From an uncultured virus (IMG/VR IMGVR_UViG_3300038317_000166) (taxonomy: Duplodnaviria > Heunggongvirae > Uroviricota > Caudoviricetes), in the IMG/VR virus record IMGVR_UViG_3300038317_000166: 64,000 bases of DNA; one strand, 5' to 3'. A model generated the notes under the pieces. It worked only from the letters and a program-made list of their open reading frames with translations, was not told the DNA's origin and did no database searches. This document shows, piece by piece, positions 57,380 to 64,000 of this stretch (positions are counted from its first letter, which is position 1; each line of letters starts with the position of its first letter). Position numbers and translations under genes: made by a program.

Positions 57380-58103
57380 CAAAACGCATTTCTGGAACTG
57401 GGAAAACGATGATGAATTGGGCGTCCGCACTCTTTACCTCGACGGCACCATTGCGGACGAAAGCTGGTGGGACGATGAAATCACACCCAGAATGTTCAAG
57501 GATGAGCTGTTTTCCGGCAGCGGAGATATTGTCGTATGGATCAACTCTCCCGGCGGGGACTGCGTGGCGGCTTCACAGATTTACACCATGCTCATGGACT
57601 ACACAGGCAATGTCACTGTAAAAATTGACGGTTTGGCAGCAAGCGCAGCTTCGGTCATCGCAATGGCGGGTACACAGGTGCTTATGGCTCCAACGGCGCT
57701 GCTGATGATTCACAATCCGATGTCAATTGCTATTGGCGATACCGAGGAAATGCAGAAGGCCATCGCCATGCTGGACGAGGTCAAGGAAAGCATCATCAAC
57801 GCTTATGAAATCAAAACAGGGCAGTCGAGAGCGAAAATATCTCATCTCATGGACGGTGAAACCTGGATGAACGCCAACAAGGCGATTGAGCTTGGCTTTG
57901 CAGACGGCATCTTGGAGGATTTCAAGCGCGGTCATACCGAAGATGTGGTCTTTGCGTTTTCCCGCAGGGCGGTTACCAATTCGCTTATGAACAAGATCAT
58001 CTCTAACTCCGCTCCAAAGCCGGAGCAAAAGAAGCAGAATGCGCCGGTCGGCGTTTCCATCGAAGCGGCTATGCAGAAACTGCAAGCCCGTAAATACATT
58101 TAA
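57324..58103 (+). CDS. ClpP-like head maturation protease
   Basis: INSPGGD, GLAASAASVI, MIHNP, ETWM.A..A..GFAD. Confidence 0.94.
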   Translation: MDKTNRVQSPGKVPVRARDKTHFWNWENDDELGVRTLYLDGTIADESWWDDEITPRMFKDELFSGSGDIVVWINSPGGDCVAASQIYTMLMDYTGNVTVKIDGLAASAASVIAMAGTQVLMAPTALLMIHNPMSIAIGDTEEMQKAIAMLDEVKESIINAYEIKTGQSRAKISHLMDGETWMNANKAIELGFADGILEDFKRGHTEDVVFAFSRRAVTNSLMNKIISNSAPKPEQKKQNAPVGVSIEAAMQKLQARKYI

Positions 58104-58118
58104 TGGAGGTATTTGATT

Positions 58119-59300
58119 ATGAAAAAGGTACTTGAAATGCGTGAAAAACGCGCAAAGGCATGGGATGCGGCAAAGGCGTTTCTTGACACTCGCGCCAAGG
58201 ACGGCGTCCTCTCTCCCGAAGACAACGCGACCTATGACAAGATGCTTGCGGATGTGGACGCAATGGCGCATCAGATTGCCATCGAGGAAGACCGCGTGGC
58301 AAGAGACGCCGCTATGGCTCAGCCGACCAGCTCTCCCATTACGGCAAAACCCAACGCACAAAACGGAAAGCCCATCAGCCCCAGAGCGACCGCTGAATAC
58401 CGCGAGGATTTCTTAAACCTCGTGCGCGGTAAGCGACCGATTCACAACGTTATGGAGGAAGGCACTCCTTCTACCGGCGGCTATATCGTCCCGGTTGAAT
58501 TTGACAGCACCCTTGTGCAGGCGCTTGCCCGTGAGAATGTAATTCGTTCTCTGGCAAAAGTCATCACCACCGCCGCACCGCACAGAATTAACGTAGCACT
58601 CACCGATGTGTCCGCCGACTGGGTGGCGGAAAGCGGTACGTTTACGCCCAGCACTCCCACCTTCAATCAGCTCTCCCTTGACGCTTATACGCTCCGTGCG
58701 GCGGCGCTGGTTTCAGAGGAACTACTGCAGGATTCTATGTTTGACCTCGAAGCCTACCTCATTGACAACTTCGCCCGCGCTTTTGCAGCGAAGGAAGAGC
58801 AGGCTTTCTGCGTCGGTAACGGCAGCGGTCAGCCCACGGGCATCTTCACTGCGAGTGGCGGTGACGTCGGCGTGACCACCGCAACTGCGGCGGATATTAA
58901 GGCTGATGAAATCATCGACCTAACCTATTCCCTCAAGGACGGATATAAGAAAAATGCCGTGTTTGTTTTGAGCAGCGCCACTCTCGCAGGTATTCGCAAA
59001 TTAAAGGACGGCAATGGCGCATATATGTGGCAGCCGTCGCTGCAGGCAGGTCAGCCTGACCGTCTGCTTGGTTTCCCGGTGTATGTCTCCCAGTATGCTC
59101 CGACCATCGCGGCAGGTGCATATACCGTTGCTTTCGGTGACTTCCAGAACTACTGGATTGCCGACCGCAGTGGCAGAACCGTGCGCCGTGCGGACGAACT
59201 GCATATCGCCAACCTGCAGACCGGCTTCTACGCTTTCCAGCGCGTAGACGGAAAGACCGTACTGCCCGAGGGCATCAAGCTGCTCAAGCAGCACGCTTAA
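58119..59300 (+). CDS. HK97-fold major capsid protein
   Basis: GGYIVP, VS.ELLQDS, G.G..QP.GI, LKD.NG.Y.W, FGDF. Confidence 0.95.
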   Translation: MKKVLEMREKRAKAWDAAKAFLDTRAKDGVLSPEDNATYDKMLADVDAMAHQIAIEEDRVARDAAMAQPTSSPITAKPNAQNGKPISPRATAEYREDFLNLVRGKRPIHNVMEEGTPSTGGYIVPVEFDSTLVQALARENVIRSLAKVITTAAPHRINVALTDVSADWVAESGTFTPSTPTFNQLSLDAYTLRAAALVSEELLQDSMFDLEAYLIDNFARAFAAKEEQAFCVGNGSGQPTGIFTASGGDVGVTTATAADIKADEIIDLTYSLKDGYKKNAVFVLSSATLAGIRKLKDGNGAYMWQPSLQAGQPDRLLGFPVYVSQYAPTIAAGAYTVAFGDFQNYWIADRSGRTVRRADELHIANLQTGFYAFQRVDGKTVLPEGIKLLKQHA

Positions 59301-59313
59301 GGAGGGCTGACCT

Positions 59314-59535
59314 ATGAGTGACTATAACGCAAAAAACTACACCGAGCAGGGCGGAGAAAAAACCGTCATTGGTGGCACACTCGAAATCTTGGAGGGAGCC
59401 TCGGTAACGGGGCTTCCTACTGCAGAAAATCAGGCGGACAGTACCGCGACCGATGCCGCAGGCTTGGTTACGGACTTTAACGCTCTTCTCGCCAAGCTGA
59501 AAGCGGCGGGTTTGATGGTGGCGGACGAAGAATAA
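59314..59535 (+). CDS. Head fiber/decoration protein
   Basis: DFNALLAKLKAAGLM; follows the capsid gene. Confidence 0.75.
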   Translation: MSDYNAKNYTEQGGEKTVIGGTLEILEGASVTGLPTAENQADSTATDAAGLVTDFNALLAKLKAAGLMVADEE

Positions 59536-59554
59536 CCCAAAGGAGGCGGATGGC

Positions 59555-59872
59555 ATGACAACAGATAACCTTCTCCCCAAAGTCAAAGCGCACCTTATTT
59601 TGTCACACGACGAGGACGACGGATTGCTACTGAGCTATATTGCCGCCGCCGTCTCCTATGCCGAAAGTTACCAGCACGTTGCTAAGGGCTATTATGAGGA
59701 AACTTCCATGCCGCCCACCACAGAGCAAGCCGTGATTATGCTGTCGTCCTTCTTCTACGAAAGTCGGGACGGCAGCACGGCCGGCTTTTTCGCGGATAGC
59801 GTGCAGGCCGGCCAGCAGGTGTGGGATACGGTCAATATGCTTCTTCGGCTTGACCGGGATTGGAAGGTGTGA
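59555..59872 (+). CDS. Head-tail connector (gp6-like)
   Basis: VKAHL..DD.LL..YI.AA..YAE, QAVIML...YE.R. Confidence 0.85.
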   Translation: MTTDNLLPKVKAHLILSHDEDDGLLLSYIAAAVSYAESYQHVAKGYYEETSMPPTTEQAVIMLSSFFYESRDGSTAGFFADSVQAGQQVWDTVNMLLRLDRDWKV

Positions 59873-59874
59873 CA

Positions 59875-60210
59875 ATGAGCTACGGTAAAATGAATACCTT
59901 CATTGGCATCATCTCCACCGCCCCGGCAAAGGATGCGGATGGCTTTGTTACAAGCGGCGACCATATTGTTGCTTCCATCCGCGCATACAAAGAGGACCGC
60001 CACGGAAACGAGAAGTGGGCAAATATGGCAGCGTTCAGCGAAGCGACGGCCCTTTTCCGTTTTCGTAAGATTCCCAACGTAGAGATAACAACCTCTCTGT
60101 TTATCATCTGCGGCGATGAGCAATATCGAATTATCAGCGCGGAGGATGTTCGCGGGCGCGGAATGTACATTGAGGTGCTCGCGGAAAAGCAGGAAGGGAC
60201 GGTGAGGTAA
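59875..60210 (+). CDS. Head-tail adaptor/closure protein
   Basis: Position and KD.DGF, F..R, Y.I motifs. Confidence 0.75.
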   Translation: MSYGKMNTFIGIISTAPAKDADGFVTSGDHIVASIRAYKEDRHGNEKWANMAAFSEATALFRFRKIPNVEITTSLFIICGDEQYRIISAEDVRGRGMYIEVLAEKQEGTVR

Positions 60211-60641
60211 TGGCAAAAGCCCAAATTAAGATGCCGGAGGAATTTCTTTTGAAGGTTTCCCGGCTGGCTGACCAAACAGACGCGATTATCCCCAAGGTGC
60301 TGGAGGCGGGCGGCGAGGTCGTTCTATCCAAAGTAAAGTCGAATCTGTCAAGCGTGGTAGGCAGCGGAATAAAAGAAAAAAGCCGCTCCACAGGCGAATT
60401 GGAACGCTCCCTCGGACTCTCTCCCGCCAAGCAGAACCGGGACGGTAACTGGGATGTGAAGATCGGTTTTGCGGAACCGCGCTCTGACGGTGACTCCAAC
60501 GCAAAAATTGCCAACATTCTCGAATACGGCAAATCCGGCCAGCCGCCCAAGCCTTTTTTAAAGCCTGCAAGAACTCAGAGCAAAAGCGCCTGCATTGAAA
60601 CCATGAAGTCAAAGCTTCAGGAGGAGGTCGACGGAATATGA
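60210..60641 (+). CDS. HK97 gp10-like tail component
   Basis: TGEL..S, LEYG.S.QPPKPFLKPA. Confidence 0.85.
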   Translation: MAKAQIKMPEEFLLKVSRLADQTDAIIPKVLEAGGEVVLSKVKSNLSSVVGSGIKEKSRSTGELERSLGLSPAKQNRDGNWDVKIGFAEPRSDGDSNAKIANILEYGKSGQPPKPFLKPARTQSKSACIETMKSKLQEEVDGI

Positions 60642-60976
60642 GCATTTTAACAGAATTGAACACATTGCTTTCGCCTGTTCTCCCTGTGGAGACAGGCGTT
60701 TTTTCCGGCGTTCCTCCCGACGAATACCTTGTATTCACACCCATGACGGACGAATTTGCCCTGTTTGGAAATAACACACCGCTCTTCGATATCTCCGAAG
60801 TGCGGATTTCGCTGTTTTCCAAAGGCAACTACCTCCAGAGGAAAAAGCAGATAACAGCGCTGCTTCTGGGCGCAGAATTTACGATAACCGACCGCCGGTA
60901 TATTGGCCATGAGGACGATACCGGCTACCACCACTACGCCATTGATGTGGAAAAATCATACGAAACGGAGGAATAA
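60638..60976 (+). CDS. Putative tail terminator
   Basis: Position before the major tail gene; E.DTGY.HY. Confidence 0.65.
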   Translation: MSILTELNTLLSPVLPVETGVFSGVPPDEYLVFTPMTDEFALFGNNTPLFDISEVRISLFSKGNYLQRKKQITALLLGAEFTITDRRYIGHEDDTGYHHYAIDVEKSYETEE

Positions 60977-60979
60977 ATT

Positions 60980-61570
60980 ATGGCGACAATCGGTCTTGAT
61001 AAACTGTATTATTCAAAAATAACCGAGGATTCCAACGGCGAAGAAACATACTCTACGCCTTTGGTGCTTGCCAAAGCCATCACTGCCGAACTCTCGGTGG
61101 AACTGGTGGAGGCAATATTATACGCTGACGACGGTGCCGCCGAAGTGGTGAAAGACTTCAACAGCGGTACGCTCACACTTGGCGTTGACGACATTGGACC
61201 CACTGCAGCGGCGGATCTGACCGGCGCATCCACAGACGATAACGGCGTACTGATCTCAGCAAGCGAGAACGTGGGAACGCCTGTCGCAGTAGGCTTCCGC
61301 GCGAAGAAAGCAAACGGTACCTACCGCTATTTCTGGCTTTACCGCATAAAATTCGGTCTGCCCGCGACCAATCTGCAGACCAAGGCAGACTCCATCACAT
61401 TTTCCACGCCGACTATCGAAGGGACGGTCATGCGCCGCAACAAACTGGACGCTTTTGGCAAGCACCCGTGGAAGGCGGAGGTTACCGAAGGTGACGCCGG
61501 AGTGGCTTCTGCCACAATCACCGGTTGGTTCACCGAGGTTTACGAACCTGCCTATACACCGGAGCCGTAA
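60980..61570 (+). CDS. Major tail protein (phi13 family)
   Basis: IGL..LYY, LYADDG, VAVGF, Y.YFWLY..KF. Confidence 0.9.
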   Translation: MATIGLDKLYYSKITEDSNGEETYSTPLVLAKAITAELSVELVEAILYADDGAAEVVKDFNSGTLTLGVDDIGPTAAADLTGASTDDNGVLISASENVGTPVAVGFRAKKANGTYRYFWLYRIKFGLPATNLQTKADSITFSTPTIEGTVMRRNKLDAFGKHPWKAEVTEGDAGVASATITGWFTEVYEPAYTPEP

Positions 61571-61582
61571 GGAGGATGCAGA

Positions 61583-61993
61583 ATGAATAACGTCATTTTT
61601 ACAAATGCCGCCGAAAGAAGCGCCGCTATCAATATCGGCGGCAAGGAATATGAACTGGTGCTGACCACCCGCGCGACCAAGGCGATTGCAGGGCGGTACG
61701 GTGGACTTGAAAATCTCGGCGAGAAGCTGATGAAATCGGAAAATTTCGAGATGGCGCTGGATGAGATCGTGTGGCTCCTGACACTGCTCGCTAACCAGTC
61801 CGTTTTGATTCACAACCTCAAAAACAAGGATGCCCCGCAGGAGCTTCTGACAGAGGAGGAGGTAGAACTTCTCACCTCGCCCCTCGATCTGGCGGCCTAC
61901 AAAAATGCGATTACAGAGGCAATGTTCAAGGGTACCAAGCGCAACGTGGAAAGTGAGGACGAAACCTCCTTAAAAAACGCACAAGTCGAGTAG
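61583..61993 (+). CDS. Tail assembly chaperone (gpG-like)
   Basis: Between major tail and tape measure genes; ends at a slippery site. Confidence 0.8.
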   Translation: MNNVIFTNAAERSAAINIGGKEYELVLTTRATKAIAGRYGGLENLGEKLMKSENFEMALDEIVWLLTLLANQSVLIHNLKNKDAPQELLTEEEVELLTSPLDLAAYKNAITEAMFKGTKRNVESEDETSLKNAQVE

Positions 61994-62199
61994 ACGGACT
62001 GTGTCAGCAAACTGACGCGGAAACCTTTACTCGACTTCTTTATTACGGAACGGTGCAGATGGGTATGGCCTCGGAGGAATTCTGGCTCATGCCCATCGGC
62101 CTGTTTCTGGACCTGTGGGCCTGCCACAAACAGTTTCTCGGCATGGAAAAGCCGAAGAAAACCCGGACGATCGACGATATCATTCCACCCGGAATCTAA
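61972..62199 (+). CDS. -1 frameshift extension of the tail chaperone (gpGT-like)
   Basis: A AAA AAC at 61972-61978; -1 frame open to TAA 62199 (..EEFWLMPIGLFLDLW..). Confidence 0.75.
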   Translation, partial: KKRTSRVDGLCQQTDAETFTRLLYYGTVQMGMASEEFWLMPIGLFLDLWACHKQFLGMEKPKKTRTIDDIIPPGI

Positions 62200-62213
62200 G
62201 GAGGTGAGCATAA

Positions 62214-64000
62214 ATGGCGGACAATTTTGGCTTAAAAATCGGCGTTGAGGGAGAGCGCGAGTTTAAAAAGGCACTTTCGGATATCAACCAGAGTTTCAAG
62301 GTTCTCGGTTCGGAAATGCAGCTGGTCACCAGTCAGTTTGATAAAAACGACAAATCCGTGCAGGCGCTCACTTCCCGCAACGAAGTCCTAAACAAGGAAA
62401 TCGACGCTCAGAAAAGTAAGATTGAAACCCTGCGTGCCGCCCTGCAGAACGCCTACGAATCCTTTGGTGAAAACGACCGCCGCACCCAAAACTGGCAGAT
62501 TCAGCTGAACAAGGCGCAGGCGGAGCTTAATGGCATGGAGCGTGAGCTGGCACAGTCAACGGAAGCTACTGACAACCTTGGTGATGAACTGAAGGATACC
62601 GCCGACGAAGCCGAAAAATCCGGCCCGAGGTTTGAAAAGCTGGGCGGTGTTCTCAAAGGCATCGGCGTAACGATAGGTGCGGTGGCTGTTGCGGCAGGCG
62701 CGGCGGCAATCAAGCTGGGCAAAGAGGTCGTGCAGCAGTTCGGTGAACTGGAACAAAATCTCGGCGGCTCAGAGGCGGTCTTCGGCGCATATGCCGCGTC
62801 AATTCAGAAAACCGGTGAGGAAGCGTACCGAAACCTTGGTGTTTCCCAGTCGGAATATCTGGCTACGGCCAACAAAATGGGCGCTTTGTTTCAGGGCTCC
62901 GGCATTCAGCAACAGAAATCGCTGGAACTGACAGAAAAAGCGATGCAGCGTGCGGCGGATATGGCGTCAGTCATGGGCATTGATATGTCCACAGCCATGG
63001 AAGCCGTCACCGGCGCGGCAAAGGGCAACTTTACCATGATGGACAATTTGGGCGTTGCAATGAACGCGACCAGCATTCAGGCGTATGCCGCCTCGAAGGG
63101 TCTGGATTTCGTATGGAACAGCGCGAGCAATGCCGAAAAAGCCGAAGTCGCCATGCAGATGTTCTTTGAAAACACCGAGCAGTACGCCGGCAACTTTGCA
63201 AGGGAATCTACGCAAACCATCAGCGGCTCTATCGGCCTGCTTCAAGCTGCCCTATCTTCATTCACGGCGGGGCTTGGAAACGCAGACGCGGATATGACGA
63301 ATCTAACGGAGAACCTTGTGGACGCGTTCCAAGCTGTAGTAAAGAATGTCGTGCCGGTGCTTGAAAACATCGTGGCGGCACTCCCGCAGGCAACGGGGGC
63401 AATTTTACAGGCGGTTGGTGATCTTCTTCCTTTGCTGCTTGAAACGGTGACGAACATCTTCACGCAGGTGTTGAACACGATTCTGTCGCTCCTGCCCGAA
63501 CTCATCCCCGCAGCCGTAGACGCTGTGATGACAATAGTCGGAGCGCTGATTGACAGTCTCCCGCTCCTCGTCGACGCGGCGGTGCAATTGGTAACAGCTC
63601 TGGTCGGCGGCATCGGCTCAGCTTTGCCAAAACTTATCCCAGCGGCAGTAAGCGCGGTCTCAACCATCGTTCAAGGCTTGGCGGATAATCTCCCAATGAT
63701 TCTTGAAGCAGCGCTGCAGCTTATCCTTGGGCTTGCCCAGGGTTTGCTGGATGCAATTCCTCAATTAATCGCCGCCCTGCCCGCGATCATTACCGCCATC
63801 GTGGCCTTTATCATCGCGGCGATACCACAGATTATTGATGCTGGCATTCAGCTGTTGACCTCGCTGGTTGAGGCGCTGCCTGTAATTATCGAGGCAATTG
63901 TGGAAGCCATACCACAAATCATCGACGGGATTATTACGGCAGTCATTCAATCCATCCCACTCATTATCGATGCGGGGGTAAAACTTCTTATATCGCTGAT
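62214..64000 (+). CDS. Tail tape measure protein, runs off the window end
   Basis: ATG 62214 MADNFGLKIGVEGEREFK after RBS AAGGAGGTG; Ala/Leu/Pro helical repeats downstream. Confidence 0.9.
   Translation, partial: MADNFGLKIGVEGEREFKKALSDINQSFKVLGSEMQLVTSQFDKNDKSVQALTSRNEVLNKEIDAQKSKIETLRAALQNAYESFGENDRRTQNWQIQLNKAQAELNGMERELAQSTEATDNLGDELKDTADEAEKSGPRFEKLGGVLKGIGVTIGAVAVAAGAAAIKLGKEVVQQFGELEQNLGGSEAVFGAYAASIQKTGEEAYRNLGVSQSEYLATANKMGALFQGSGIQQQKSLELTEKAMQRAADMASVMGIDMSTAMEAVTGAAKGNFTMMDNLGVAMNATSIQAYAASKGLDFVWNSASNAEKAEVAMQMFFENTEQYAGNFARESTQTISGSIGLLQAALSSFTAGLGNADADMTNLTENLVDAFQAVVKNVVPVLENIVAALPQATGAILQAVGDLLPLLLETVTNIFTQVLNTILSLLPELIPAAVDAVMTIVGALIDSLPLLVDAAVQLVTALVGGIGSALPKLIPAAVSAVSTIVQGLADNLPMILEAALQLILGLAQGLLDAIPQLIAALPAIITAIVAFIIAAIPQIIDAGIQLLTSLVEALPVIIEAIVEAIPQIIDGIITAVIQSIPLIIDAGVKLLISL

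Larger units (their letters stand above)
22633..64000. mobile_element. Right siphovirus-like prophage with defence cargo (partial)
   Basis: Ordered replication-packaging-head-tail module, visibly higher GC than the left element; defence operon bounded by the att site. Confidence 0.85.

Noticed and set aside
63250..64000. Periodic sequence near the window end
   Set aside because: Ordinary helical repeats of the tape measure protein
1..64000. tRNA, rRNA, integrase, reverse transcriptase or lysis genes
   Set aside because: None recognised by eye; recombinase and lysis genes probably lie outside the window

Overview
Bacillota (Clostridia-like) DNA containing two related HK97-type prophage elements joined at an att-like site that rebuilds the 3' end of rlmD (about 22592-22658). 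Their phage genes point away from each other. Left element (1-22600, all minus strand): orphan Phd, type I R-M, M48 peptidase, IrrE-HTH, sigma-like regulator, BRO, VapE-type primase/helicase, SNF2 helicase (frameshifted), RinA-like activator, HNH (5' deleted), terS, metK, ParB-MTase, and a multi-TRD C5 methyltransferase with a nested out-of-frame beta subunit. Right element: a leftward defence operon (two unknown genes, HTH, RloC-like ABC ATPase, type I R-M with an inserted ORF, McrBC, type II Thoeris) and a rightward replication, packaging, head and tail module running off the window in the tape measure gene. Best novelty candidates: (1) a coupled gene pair at 37704-39255 sharing a ~20-aa N/Q/G motif at the C-terminus of one protein and the N-terminus of the next, the layout of amyloid signalling pairs; (2) alternative-pairing RNA leaders that hide the RBS of the sigma-like gene in both elements; (3) loss of the 5mC MTase in the McrBC-carrying element. 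All family calls come from motif recognition by eye; no searches were run.
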